64,000 nt of DNA, from assembly GCF_006345805.1 (NCBI RefSeq), contig NC_043001.1, positions 1,860,001 to 1,924,000 on the forward strand, in the 5' to 3' direction. This DNA comes from Octopus sinensis. Taxonomy: Eukaryota. Both the position numbers and the translations under genes were made by a program. Below, piece after piece: positions 1-12,929 of this stretch. The notes under the pieces are model-generated. The model was not told the origin of the DNA. It ran no database searches and was given only the letters and a program-made list of their open reading frames with translations. Every line of letters starts with the position of its first letter. Positions within the stretch are counted from its first letter, which is position 1.

Positions 1-135
1 CTCAAAGCCAGCTCTTTTGAAATTACTGCATGAAACTTGACAAGAAATTCGTCAAGAGAATATTCCTCATCTGATCAGTAACATGCCTAATAGGGTCCTT
101 GCATTGAAAAATGTAAAGAGCATGTCTACTAAATA
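1..135 (+). mobile_element. Tc1-like transposase C-terminal remnant
   Basis: Reading through a stop gives QEIRQENIPHLISNMPNRVLALKNVKSMSTKY, which resembles the Tc1 C-terminus (IPQE.I..LI.SMP.R..AV....G..TKY). Confidence 0.6.
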
Positions 136-559
136 CTATATAATCACATTATACTAATTAATATATAATGTGAATGTATAAATTTCAGATTTAAATGAAT
201 TTTAATGATTATAGTGGTGTCTATTTACTTCTGTGTCTTGAAATACTCAATGCACTCATGGAATGGGTGGAGAATTCTGTCGATAGAACAATTGGATCCT
301 CCTTATTGAATCTGCTGCAACCTAACCATCCATCCATACACACACACATGGGCACACACAAACACACATGCATCTCAGCTACATGTGTGTATACCTCTGT
401 CTATAGCATATCTCTCTACATGTGGTGAACACTCCACACACACACACGCATATACACACATCTAAAGTAATGTTAGAAGCAATGTTTGATGTGTTTTCAG
501 AGAGGCCACTTTTCCTCAACATTTAATGAATGTTTTAAAACAATTCTTGCAGATACCTG

Positions 560-960
560 AATGGCTAGAACCAAACCAAACGTTAACAAGTTCTTCTAAC
601 AGATTATTGTCTTGTACCCATTTCCCAAAGCATAGCAGCATTCCTTAATAGCAACCATTTCCATAACCAAGACACTCTGTGAAGTTAATGCACATGTCAG
701 CGGATGGTGAAAGATAAGAATTGAGTTTCTTGCTTAATTCTGGGAAAATGACAGAATTACAGTTCTTAAAAGCTGCTATCAGCAGGCTGTTATCAAATTG
801 ATTACAGTGTTGCAGAGTCTGCTGCATTTATTAAACTAATACTGTATAAGTCTTCAGATCATCTTAAACATTTTCGCATTGGCAGAAAATATTTGCTGTA
901 AGATTTGGAAATGGCTGTGATGTGTTGTGACTTTGTCTTCATTTCTGTGCAGGAAATAGT
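560..960 (-). mobile_element. possible degenerate hAT (Charlie-like) transposase C-terminal remnant
   Basis: Minus frames give FDNSLL..FKN..FPELSKKL and EMVAIK, loosely like the hAT dimerisation region; stops and frameshifts are present. Confidence 0.3.
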
Positions 961-992
961 TGCAAAGCGTTATATATCTCTTTTCCGTCCTG

Positions 993-1386
993 TTTTATTC
1001 TTTTATTTGTTTCAGTTATTTGACTGTGGCCATGCTGGAGCACCGCCTTTTAGTCGAGCAAATCGACACCAGGACTTATTCTTTGTAAGCCTAGTACTTA
1101 TTCTATCATTATCTTTTGCCGAACTGCTAAGTTACGGGGATGTAAACACACCAGCATTGGTTGTCAAGCGATGTTGGGGGGACAAACACAGACATATACA
1201 TATATATATATATACATATATACGATGAGCTTCTTTCAGTTTCCGTCTACCAAATCCACTCACAAGGCTTTGGTCGGCCTGAGGCTATAGTAGAAGACAC
1301 TTGCCCAAGGTGTCACTCAGTGGGACTGAACCCATAACCATGTGGTTGGTAAGCAAGCTACTTACCACATAGCCACTCCTGCACCT
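993..1386 (-). mobile_element. tRNA-derived SINE family 3 (CORE-like central motif)
   Basis: Minus-strand tRNA-like head (gtggctatgtggtaag..ggttcagtccc) followed by ccttgggcaagtgtcttctactatagcc. Sister copies are at 37990-38446 and 58320-58712. Confidence 0.8.
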
Positions 1387-1437
1387 ATTACTATTATAAA
1401 TGAATAATAGTTCTCATCAATAATAATAATAATAATA

Positions 1438-1990
1438 AATGCCCCAATGCAGTACCAGGCAGTGAATTTCGTGGCATCTGATCTTAACTGATTGGAGGTG
1501 TTATCATGTACATTGTTTTGTCTTGGTATAAAAGATGGGCTACAGCAAATATTCTGCTGAATACCACAGATTTGCTTGTCAATTATTTGACCGTAACCAA
1601 TTGAGCATGTCCCGTAGTGGTTGATGATATGTGCATCTCTGATCATGAGCAGAAGTAGTGGGGGAGCATCATAGCCATATTTTGAGGGGAATGCTTTGGA
1701 GTTTGGCTAATTCACCTTTGGAGACGTAGGTGTTTTGTTCAACATCCTCAAACAACCCTTATTCAAGGACTTTTTGAGTGGAATGGGCTACTTGATCAGA
1801 AGAAAATTCTAACTGAGCCCCACCTGCAATGTCATGCGCTGCTTACCTTGATATGAGATCCCCATGTCATGCACATATGGTTGTGATGCATGTGCCTGGT
1901 GTACCCTTACCAGATGGGTAGTCATGATGGATATACTGGGCTTTGTATATTTTATCCCAGTGTCAAATGATGGCATGCACTGCTCACTCA
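1438..1990. repeat. unclassified ~555-bp interspersed element, copy 1
   Basis: Alignable end to end with 62683-63238; both copies start directly after (AAT)n and end at ctcactc. Confidence 0.85.
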
Positions 1991-2037
1991 CTCAGTATGT
2001 GTTGATGGGGGATGGAGACAAAAAGTGTGTTGTGTGG

Positions 2038-2039
<2 letters not shown>

Positions 2040-2074
<35 letters not shown>

Positions 2075-2321
2075 GTGTCTTGCTGTGTGTGTGTGTGTGT
2101 GTGTGAGAAATAGGGGAGGGGGAGAGTGACAGCATACATTTTTTATTTATTTTTTCTTGCATCTTTTTACAGTGAGTGTTTGTGTGACAGAGAGAGGGAG
2201 AGAAAGAGAGAAAGAGAGAAGAGAGAAAGAGAGAAAGAGAGAAAGAGAGAGAGTGATAGTGTAAATTTTTTTTATTTATTTACCTTTTTCACATCTTTTT
2301 ATGGTGAGTGTATGACTGACT

Positions 2322-2358
<37 letters not shown>

Positions 2359-2366
2359 GTGTCTTG

Positions 2367-2401
<35 letters not shown>

Positions 2402-2470
2402 AAATAGGGGAGGGGGAGAGTGATAGCTTAAATTTTTTTATTTATTTATTTTTTCTTGCATCTTTTCTTT
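2040..2470. repeat. compound (GA)n/(GT)n microsatellite with a ~295-bp direct duplication
   Basis: The block gagaggtgtgtcttgctgtgtg..gagaaataggggagggggagagtga occurs twice (about 2070 and 2355). Confidence 0.8.
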
Positions 2471-2479
2471 TTAGTGAGT

Positions 2480-3110
2480 GCCACTGCCAAACTGCTGGAT
2501 CAGGCTGTACCAAATTTGGCATGAAGGTTTTTCATCACTAGGGGAACGTTCTAGGGGTGGGTGTGTGGGTAGGGGTCACTAAATTTTCAACTTTTTTTGG
2601 AAACAGAAATATTTTTTACACACCTGTCGTACAAGTTGGTTTTGTTTTTATGCTTTAAAGGTAAACTATTCTGATTGAAGCAAACACGACATTGAATAAT
2701 TCTCCATCATACGTCTACGACCCACGTCTTTTTTTAAAAGTAAAGATAAACACGTTTTAATTGTGATAATGAAACAAGAGGTTTAGTCCTTACTGCCAAG
2801 ATTCATTTCTCTTGGGAAATATAAGGGTGATGACGTCTTCATTCCATGGATCCCATTAATCCTATCGAACCTCTCCTTTAAATTTAAATGGATCCAGTTC
2901 CCAGTGAAACTAAGTTTTACTATGTCCATAAAAAAATTTGAACCACAATCTCTCAACATTGTTGGACTTAACCTTGATTCTCCTTACTTCTCTCATGGGC
3001 AATTATATGTAAGATGTTCATGAGTTGGAAGTCCTAAAACTCTTTTTCTTTGTACACCAATTAAAGGACACACTGAAAACATTAAACTGTGATTGATTTC
3101 AGGATTTGTT
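2480..3110 (+). mobile_element. Helitron remnant (PIF1-type helicase C-terminus)
   Basis: 2820-3090 reads KGDDVFIPWIPLI..FKFKWIQFPVKLSFTMSI..QSLNIVGLNLDSPYFSHGQLYVRCS*VGSP with frameshifts, matching the Helitron RepHel motif QFP..L.FAMTINKSQGQSL..VG..L..P.FSHGQLYVA.SRV. Confidence 0.85.
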
Positions 3111-3169
3111 TTAATAACTTTGTTTATACGTCATCTGATAGAATTTTTATGCAAATATCTTTTGAATCA

Positions 3170-3470
3170 GAATCATCATCATCATCATCATCATTTAACG
3201 TCCGCTTTCCATGCTAGCATGGGTTGGACGGTTCAACTGGGGTCTGGGGAGCCCGAAGGCTGCACCAGTCCAGTCAGATCTGGCAGTGTTTCTACAGCTG
3301 GATGCCCTTCCTAACGCCAACCACTCCGAGAGTGTAGTGGGTGATTTTATGTGCCACCGACACAGGTGCCAGATGAGGCTGGCAAACGGCCACGCTCGGA
3401 TGGTGTTTTTTATGTGCCACTGACACAGGTGCCAGACGAGGCTGGCAGACGGCCACGCTCGGATGGTGCT
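3170..3470 (-). mobile_element. SINE family 2, (GAT)n tail and RTE-like 3' end
   Basis: Contains ggttggcgttaggaagggcatccagctgtagaaac..catgctagcatggaaagcggacgttaaa(tga)n. Further copies are at 8100-8505(+), 10410-10870(-), 15140-15385(-), 19900-20125(+), 20780-20970(+), 32730-32965(+), 33660-33770(-), 37200-37455(+) and 56570-56850(+). Confidence 0.85.
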
Positions 3471-6400
3471 ATATTTATTTCCTTTAACATTCTTTAAACT
3501 TCTGAGCAATGCCAGGTACTTAGGCCAGTATAATGATAAGCAAAAACGTCCAGTAAATGGAAGTCACCTGGTATGGAAAAGATCCCAAACTATTGGCTCT
3601 GTCTACAAACTCACACAAGGAACTGATTTGTAACAACACAATTATGAAGAAACTGCTGATGACCCCAGAATAGTTGGCCAATAGTATAACCTTTTGCTCC
3701 CTAAAAATGTTGACACAAGAAACCCCATAAGAACTGCAGACCCATAATGTGCCTTGCAACAATGTACCAAACCTGTACATCTCTCCAAATGGAACTCACA
3801 GATGCTTTTCTCATTAGAAACAACATCTTCTCTGAGGAACAAAAATGATGTGAATCATTGGATCCTATGGCTGCTGGGATTTGTCTTTGGTCTCCTCTGT
3901 CTTCAGTCACCAGACTTTTCGAATATCCCCTGTGGTTTTAATTGCAAGACATGCCTTCATTCTGTTTTCTGTAGACCATGGCATTTTTCAGGGAGGGGAT
4001 ACAACCTTTTTCTGAAATACTGGTGCCGAAAGCTTAGGGATTCGGGAATAAAGTTGTCTGATGAAGTCGGCTTATATGTGTTTGCATTTTGTCCTTCCCC
4101 GTAGTTACTGTATGTTTTTTACTATTTTCACACACACACATCCCATATAAACACACACACACGCAAACACACCACATATAAACACATACACACATACATA
4201 ACAGGTATGTATAATGTTTTAATAGAATAACATCATTTCACTGGTTCCAGAGGTTTCTTGCAGGGGAACCCATTTATTGAACCGGAGTGAAAAGAATAAA
4301 TAAGGCCCTAACTCTAATTTCAGGAGAGTGATACTTGCAGCATGCTGAGGGCACTGTGTCATTCACATCACAAACTCTATAAGAAACTTATGGTACCAGA
4401 GAAATAACACAATTTTTAAAAAAAAGATGGTGTTTTTGCCCATCTGGTTGTGAGTCCTCATTCATTCAGTTTGTTTCTATGGAAATACCTATAGATATAG
4501 AATAAATGGATGAGAAGGAGCAGGTGATAAATATTATCTTTGAACTAAGAACCAGAAAGTAACAGAAAACTATTTTTCACCTCTTTTGTGGTCTTCCTGC
4601 TTTAGGGAACTAAATTCTATCTGAATATTGGGTATCCTGAAATGAGGTTTTTACTTCTGGGAAAAATAACTAATATCAAATGTCATTTATTATATTCGGT
4701 AATTCTGCTTTGAGAATAAATGAACTGGTTTTGAATGATTTCAAACAAACTGAAGAAAAATATTTACAAATTTTATAACTAAATACCTTGTGGAAAATAT
4801 TGAAGTTCACAATAAATGCTGACAGGTGAAGTGTACACGATCTTTATCATTTTGTATTCTTAACTATCAGAATTTTTAAGTAATGGAATATGGAAAAATA
4901 ATTTTTTTTGTTTCTTTTTTTTAACTTTTGCTTCTGTTTTTAATCATATTGGAAGCTAATACAATCATAATTATCAGAAAAGATAAAATTTATTGTAACC
5001 CTAATTAAATTGCCGTGATTAATAAAAGATTATTTGCTCTGAAAACAATTCATATCAACTGACAACTGACATAGATTTACCACCACAAAGTTGCTGAATG
5101 GTTGCAGAATGGTTGCCATGTTATTCATTTATCAATTGTTCTGCAAAACGTATATAAAATAAATAAAAAAATTATCTAGAAGCTTTAACTGTTCTAGCAA
5201 TATATCTAAGATTAGAATAAAGATTATCAGTACCATATCACTGAAGGTTACAACCATTGACTGCAAAATCCACAATTTATAATTAATTTTACCAAACAGA
5301 ATATTACAAGAGTTTTCTCGTTCTTTTTGTTAGCATCACCAGTATTATTGGCATCTCTGCACCGTTTCTGTGTTGGTTATATAAGTGCATGGATTTAAAA
5401 TATAGTCTCTGTTATCTGCTTATTTTCATTTCCTTCTTAAATACTTGCTGTGATTCATAGTTGAAAAGATAAGCTGCAGATGAATTAAAACTTACAGCAA
5501 GGTTTCACTTAAATCTATGTTTTAATTTATCACTTACAAATGAAACAAAACCACAGAATTTTTCCTTCATACTAACCTTCCGATATGTCATAGCAATGAG
5601 ATGTGTCACAGTAAATTAAGATGCTACAAGAAGCAGAAATAGTCTATGCCAATTTTACATAGAAAATCTGAATCTAAAAGAATTCTATAAAATATCATGG
5701 CAAACTAAGGCAACCAATTCTTTAGAATTTTGGATGGAATAATTGGCAGTGTTTGCTGTAGCATTCTGTACATCAAGTTCAAATAAAACTGAGGTCATCT
5801 TTGTCTTTCAGTCAATCTGGTTCAATAAATAAAACTTCAATCCTTTACTGCAGTCGACTCTTGACAGTCTGTCTGTTGTCTCCATTTCTAGAAGAGACTG
5901 GAAGGAATGAGAAGATCTGCTGGTCTAAAAATATGTCCAAGACATGCTGTAAACCACAATGGCATCCATTTGCCTGCATCTGACTTGAGAGTCTGAGTAA
6001 AGCAAGTCAATGGTAAACTGAGGCCAAAGATAATCATTCCCAAATGAGGTCTGATAAGGCTGGAGCATGCATTTGATTTTTTCTGTGCTCGAAATCTACT
6101 CACTCAATGCTGTAAACAAAAGATAAAATTTTCGGGTTTTCTTCCTTGAAATTCATCACTAGAGTTTGCCAAAAAAAAAAAAAAGCTATGTTTTCTGAAA
6201 GGCAATATCAGAGACAGTTGTTCCAGTTGGATCTGGTCAAATTGGAACAGAAACGACCTCCATACTGCTTGAAGGCAATTTTCATATTTCAATGCTAAGA
6301 CAAATAAGTCTGAGTGAGTCATTGTGGTAGCATTTAAGTTTCACCACTAACATGGCAACCAAGATTATTTCTTCTTTAAGTATGAGCTTGAGAGCTGAGT

Positions 6401-7398
6401 CAATGGGGAGAAGTTACAACTAGAGGAAATCTCCAAGTGGTTTCAATGCACAAGTCTCTGATATCCAAGTGGCTAAAAAGTGTCAGTAGAATGGTACCTA
6501 GGGGTCATGACCTAGATGTGGCCCAGTCCTCTTGGAAGATAAGAGGTTAAGATCCAAAACACGTGACTGAGTAGATGAGGATTCTTCTCTGAAGGCCTTC
6601 TGATGTTCAACTCTCTTGAAAATTTCTTACCACTAGTTTTAATCAGTATTACTAGATCTCAATTTACTGATAATTTCTCATGTTTTAGAAAACTCTGGAT
6701 AGTTTCTCTATGGTAACTTGTAAATATCAACTTGTCTAAAAGAACTAATATTACATCAGTGTCAAACTGAACAAGATTATTTGATGTTCTGATATTTATT
6801 CCAAATGATTTGTTGTGGAATTTTCCAAAATTGGAATTTTACAAAAGAAAATACGCAAGAAGTATTTCTTAAAAGTTGATATTCTTATGTGGCAAATATC
6901 TCTCTGATAATCTGAGGGAGTTAGATGAGCATTAAGTATTTCTGTAATATTTATCTGGTTCCCTCTCATTTCCCACCATTGTATACTTAATGAACATCAA
7001 AATGGAGACAATAAGCAGCAGACGGAGTGAAACTTCCCACAAGCTTTCACTGATATCCCTGTTCAACACATGAAAGATAAACATCAGATGCACTGAAGGC
7101 TGCTGTAGGGTTTCACTTATGTATCTATATTTTCATTTCACTCCTGCATTCCCTCACAGAAGAAGAATACAATGACATTGATGACGAATCATATAGTAGT
7201 GTTTGATGATGATGATCAAGGGGAAGAGAAGGAGGTTGAGGAGGAGAAAGAGGAGGAGGAAAAGGAGAAGGCAGAGGACATAGACAAGTTTAACAATGCC
7301 CAGAGGGATAAGAAATTACAAATGCAGCTACACACACACACACAATTAAAAACTGGTGAATGAACTTGCTAGATGGAAATTGAAAGAAGTCCATCATG

Positions 7399-7433
<35 letters not shown>

Positions 7434-7454
7434 TTATCTCTCTGTCTCTCTCTG

Positions 7455-7508
<54 letters not shown>

Positions 7509-7513
<5 letters not shown>

Positions 7514-8082
7514 CATGTGTACGAACAGCCATGCTACATGGCAGTGAAACATGGGCCGTGACTGCTGAGGACATGCGTAAGCTCATGAGGAATGAAGCCA
7601 GTATGCTCCGATGGATGTGTAATGTCAGTGTACTTACTCGACAGAGCGTTAGTACCTTGAGAGAAATGTTGTACCTAAGAAGCATCAGTTGTGGTGTGCA
7701 AGAGAGACGATTGCGCTGGTATGGTCATGTGGCGAGAATGGATGAAGATAGGTGTGTGAGAAAGTGCCAATCCCTAGCAGTTGAGGGAACCCGTGGAAGA
7801 GGTAGACCCAGGAAAACCTGGGATGAGGTGGTGAAGCATGACCTTCAAACGTTAGGTCTCACCATGGAAATGACTAGAGACCGAGACCTATGGAAGTATG
7901 CTGTGCGTGAGAAGACCCGGCAAGACTAGTGAAGCCATAACCCGTGGCCCCTACCTGGGACGTAGTCAGTCCACCTGTGCATACCTTCCTTCTTGTGACA
8001 CTTGTGAAGACCTGTTGAGGCAAGTGAAAATCAAAATCAAAATCAATCAAATCAAATCAAATTAAATCAAACCAAATCAAAA
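7509..8082 (+). mobile_element. 5'-truncated RTE-clade LINE, ORF C-terminus, 3' UTR and (AAATC)n tail
   Basis: Open frame LHGSETWAV..MLRWMCNV..RRLRWYGHVARMDEDR..GTRGRGRPRKTWDEVVKHDL, the typical RTE C-terminus. A decayed sister copy is at 36650-37060. Confidence 0.9.
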
Positions 8083-8099
8083 TAGATGAACATCAATGG

Positions 8100-8505
8100 A
8101 ATTTGTATCCTTGTGGTACCAGTGCCGGTGGCACATAAGAAAACCATCCGAATGTGACCGTAGCCAGTACTGCATCGACTGGCCTCTGTGCTGAGGGCAT
8201 GTAACAAACACCATCCGAGCGTGGCCGTTCGCCAGCCTCGTCTGTCACCTGTGTTGGTGGCACATAAAAACACCATCCGAGCGTGGCTGTCTGCCAGCCT
8301 CGTCTGGCACCTGTGTTGGTGGCACATAAAATCACCCACTACACTCTTGGAGTGGTTTGCGTTAGGAAGGGCATCCAGCTGTAGAAACACTGCCAGATCT
8401 GACTGGCCTGGTGCAGCCTTCGAGCTTGCCAGACCCCAGTTGAACCGTCCAACCCATGCTAGCATGGAAAGCGGACGTTAAACGATGATGATGATGATGA
8501 TGATG
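8100..8505 (+). mobile_element. SINE family 2 with internal ~55-60 bp tandem subrepeats
   Basis: Same family as 3170-3470; the unit aaaacaccatccgagcgtggc..gccagcctcgtctg.cacctgtgttggtggcac is repeated. Confidence 0.85.
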
Positions 8506-11161
8506 ATATATATATATATATGTCTATATGTATGTGTGTGTGTATGTGTGTGTGTACGTCATAAAAAAGAATGTAGAATTATACATCTTCAAAATTTACT
8601 TATTCCCAGTATTGTTCTCTTTGAATTCCAATCCAACATGTCTTTCTCCTGGATAAGTGTCCTCCAGGTCCTTTCATGCAGCATTTGCATGCATTCAGTC
8701 GGTTCAGTTGCCATTCACATTCATCCGAGGCAGACATTTCTCTGCAACATTGTCCATGGTTTTACCCAGGTGGTTGGGTGGGTGGGTAGACATGTATGTA
8801 TGTCTGTGAGTGTGGACACACCTACTTTTGTGTATTTGCTTAGATTTGTGTATCTCTGGGAGTTACTCAGCTACTAACAGTGACGTTGATGCCATTTTCT
8901 CTGTCGATGTATTGTCCACTGACCTTGTCCCTTCAAATAATCTGGGAATAAAATATTCCTTATTTGAAAAAATAAGATTAGCTACAGGACTGGCATCGGA
9001 CCAAAGAAACTCTAGCCTCTGCCAGGAGGATGAAAATCATGGATGCAGAATTTAATGAAAGAACGAAATATATGGAGAGTGGGTGGGAAATGGTTAATTT
9101 AAAGTTTCCTTGAAGAATATTCGCCTGTTTTCTCTTCTACTCTTTTCTGTTTCAGTTCCATTCTGTTTTTATTAATTCGCTCCTATAATTAAGAACTAAA
9201 TATAATTAATTTCCGCTAAGTAAACTCTCTTGCCATAGAGCGATGCAGAAATGTCTCTGTTGAGTCTGAAACACACACAGTGACAGTTTGCTCTTTCAAA
9301 TTAAACAGCATTGTGTGTCGTATAATGATTGTATCTCATAATTATATTCCACACTATCAATACTAAAGAAAACATTATCAAGCGACACAATCAGTTTAAA
9401 TGGGCAGCAGTAGCTCTGGAATGGACTCACAGAAAATTTTCAATGGTTATTCTTGCTGAAGATAGAAGTTTCAGACTGGAGAAAGTTTTAATGGAAGAAT
9501 TTGTCAATTAAATGTAATGTAAAGGCTATATATATATGTGTGTTTGTATCAAATAATATTCTCTGTGTTAATGTGTATACATGTATACATACATAAACGC
9601 TAAATTGAAGCTATTATTTAAAGTTAGTTTAAGAATAACATGGGAACATTTGCCAATGAGAGTAGAGTCAAGTTTATTGTAAATATCACTGTGACAGGAA
9701 CTTTCGGTTTCGCCTGACAGCTTATTCAACCAGTGAAGTAAGATAGGTTTCAGGTGTTTATGAAGGAAAACAGAAGGTAAGCCATGTTAAAGATGAGATG
9801 TTTATGTAGCAGTTTACATTCAGTGTAAAAATTAGGAGGAAATGAAATTTATTGGTGACAGAAATCTAATAGGATAGTTTAAAAGTCAGAAAATAAGTCT
9901 GAAAGTAAATGGCAGGAGGCAGGTAGTTAAAAAATTACTTCAAGGTGAATGAAGTAAATACTGTAAAAAGCTTTAAGCAACTCAAGTGAAAAATATGGCA
10001 AAGTATGTAATGTGATGATGATAAATGAAAGCATAAAGAAAAGATATTTTATTACCTTACACAGGTTGTTTAATGATCCTAAAATATTTCAGGAAAGATT
10101 CCCCTTTTCAAATAAAAGAAAGAAAACAGCCAAAGAGTTTGGAATAATGTGTTGTTATCAGTAAATCATTTTAGTGCTTTATTTTTGTTGTCATTTATTG
10201 ACATCGCCTTAAATATTTTGCCTTACTTTTCACATGCAACGTTCAAAAACTTTTTCAAACATTTGTGTATTTTACACATTGCAATGATTCAAGAAAATAA
10301 CGATCCAAGGTCAATTAGCCATCGTGTGAAACTTGAAATTCCAATCAACACATGTACATACATATACACATGCATATCTGCACACATATATACACATACA
10401 AGTATATATCATCATCATCATCATCGTTTAACTTCTGCTTTCCATGCTGGCATGGGTTGGATGGTTTGACTGAAGACTGGTGAGCCAGAGGCTGCACCAG
10501 ACTCAATCTAATCTGGCAAAGTTTCTACAGCTGGATGCCCTTCCTAACGCCAACCACTCCAAGAGTTGGTACTTTTACATGCCACCTGCATGAGGGCTAG
10601 TCAGGCGGTTCTGGCAACGACCACGCTCAAACGTCTTTTTATGTGCTACATGTATGGGAGCCAGTCTGGCAGCACTGGCAACGACCACACTCAAATGTTG
10701 TTTTTCACGTGCCGGTAAGGCGACGCTAGCAACGATCACACTTGAATGGTGCTTTTCACGTGTCACCAGCATGGGAGCCAATCTGTGGCCCTGGCAATGA
10801 TCACACTCGGATGTGCTTTTAACATTCCACTGGCACAAGTGGCAATCAGGTGGTACTGTCATTGGCCTTACCAGCAATTTTGATTTGTTTATAGATATGT
10901 AAATATGCATGTGTGTTATATTCTTTGTCAACCGATGTAAAACGAAGCAGATATTTTAAAATTTATTGCTCAATACATATTTCATGAAGTAAACTTAGAA
11001 TCTATAGCATCTCTATACACATATTATTCAAACGAATTCATTACACAAGTTTCGACACCCGTCAAAACTTATGGTTGAAATGGCTGTTTATGGTTATTTA
11101 TATATTTGAGTGTATATACTTGAATAAATCTGCATTTGTGTATATCTGCAAACACACTCTA

Positions 11162-11210
<49 letters not shown>

Positions 11211-11559
11211 CACTCATACATGTATGTATGCATGTATGTATGTATGTATGAATGCATGCATGCATGCATGTATGAATGTATGTATGTATGCATGTATAAT
11301 ATCTGTGTGTGTGTATGTATATAATTGTATAAATTGTTGATGTGCCAGTGATAATCTGTTTCAGGGTTACATCTATAGATTTTGGTCAATAATGAGTGTA
11401 GCAGCAAATGCAATCCCCATCACAATATTTTAGAGAAAAAAGAGATCAACTGAGAAGGTTTCATGCTGCCACTCAGATTTCATCTGTGCCTGAGACTCAA
11501 TTTCAACTGTCAATGGAGCCATTGCATATAAAACCACAATTATAAAGAACTTAATTTCA

Positions 11560-12929
11560 TTGGATTGACCAATTTGCATTAATAACCAATTCTGGTCACA
11601 TGGCTTCATTCATGAATTACATGTGCATTAACACTGCTTGAATGTTATGTTGCACAACAAAATATGTCTAAATATTTCAACCAACATGTCTACATGAGAT
11701 GGATATAAGCATTCAAATGAAGGTCTTGTGTGCTGGAATGTCATCTTAATGAAACATGACTCATTTTGTCAGATTTCCCCGGTGTTTGGTCTTGATAACC
11801 TTTTGTATCGGCTTCAGCAAGTTGGCATACTATTCTCCATTGATGGCATGACCGTTTTCAAGATTGACAGTAAATACAATACCTTTTGCATCACTTAAAA
11901 TGGAGACCGTCACCTTCCCTGTAGATGAAACGACCATTGCCTACTTTGGGGCAGTTGAAGAAGGGGCGTTTCCACTGCATGGATTGTTTCTTTGTCTCTG
12001 GCTCAAACTGATGAACCCAACACTCATCTGGGATTAAGAAACACTCAAAGAAACCAGCTGGATCTGCCTCAAGCAATATCAGATTTTCCTGTAAAGCGAT
12101 CAGCTTGGTGTGCTCTTGATTAAATATCAATAAAGGCAGCAAGCTGGCAGAATGGTTAGCACACCGGGCGAAATGCTTAGCGGTATTTTGTCTGCTGTTA
12201 CATTCTGAGTTCAAATTCTGCCGAGGTCAACTTTGCCTTTCATCCTTTCGGGGTCGATAAATTAAGTACCAGTTATGCACTGGGGTCGATGTAATTGACT
12301 TAATCCCTTTGTCTGTCCTTGTTTGTCTCCTTTATGCTTAGCCCCTTGTGGGCAATAAAGAAATAGATTAAATATCAAGATGCAGCCCCCACCAAGCAGA
12401 AATCTTCGTCATGCCTCGTTCATTGTGCAGAATAATCTCAACCCTCTCACAGTATATGCTAATAGCATTTTCTATTTAATTTGTAGTCAATCACCTGTCA
12501 TCCATCAGCATGTGGTGGACACGATCAATGTTTTCCTCAGTGGTGGCAGTTGCAGGATGTCTTGACCTTGGGTCACCTTGAAGACTCTCCTTTCCCCTTC
12601 TAAATTCAGCATCCCACTTTTGCACTGTCGATAAAGCTGGAGTGTCATCCCCTAATGTAGCAACCACATCAGTGTGAATTTAGTCCTTCAGGGCTGAAAC
12701 CTTATTCTGCAGTCACTTGATAACAGCACAATCTCAAATCTTGTCCAGTTTCAAGAGGAGTCACTACTGGTTACTTTTGAATTCTTTTTTCAACAGTCAG
12801 ATGTCTGTTTACCTGGGAAAAACAAAGCAGTTATTAATAAGAAAAGTGGAACCGAATGCATACATGATTTCACAGCTCTAGCATCACTCCTTCATTGTCA
12901 GCCTATAAGCTTTTCAGCCCACCCTTGTA
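11560..12929 (-). mobile_element. degenerate mariner transposon interrupted by a SINE
   Basis: Minus frames give DPRSRHPATATTEENIDRVHHMLMDDR (N-terminal), DECWVHQFEPETKKQSMQWK (first D of the DDD triad) and KGIVFTVNLENGHAINGEYYANLL. The TIR-like end is ttttcagcccacccttg|TA at about 12910-12929. Confidence 0.85.
12131..12365 (+). mobile_element. tRNA-derived SINE family 1 (gcctttcatcctttcggggtcgataaattaagtaccag domain) with 13-bp TSD
   Basis: Has A/B-box-like motifs, and the TSD gattaaatatcaa at 12118-12130 and 12366-12378. Other copies are at 20510-20720(-), 34085-34300(+), 44880-45010(+), 48060-48280(+), 52150-52580(+, tandem), 59173-59409(-) and 59950-60165(-). Confidence 0.9.

Noticed and set aside
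195-428. 77-aa plus-strand ORF (MNFNDYSG..)
   Set aside because: It runs into a (CA)n microsatellite, has no usable acceptor in frame and shows no recognisable homology.
499-648. Open frame after ttttcag (EATFPQHLMNVLKQFLQIPEW..) as a terminal exon
   Set aside because: It overlaps the antisense of a probable hAT remnant and has no partner exons.
4005-4075. CTGAAAT..ccGAAAgc and CTGATGAAGTCGG as hammerhead pieces
   Set aside because: The core is incomplete and no stem II/GAAA pair follows the CUGAUGA.
4330-4375. Minus-strand VCDVNDTVPSACCK as a tetraspanin-like exon
   Set aside because: It is only 14 codons with a weak donor, and no other tetraspanin exons were found.
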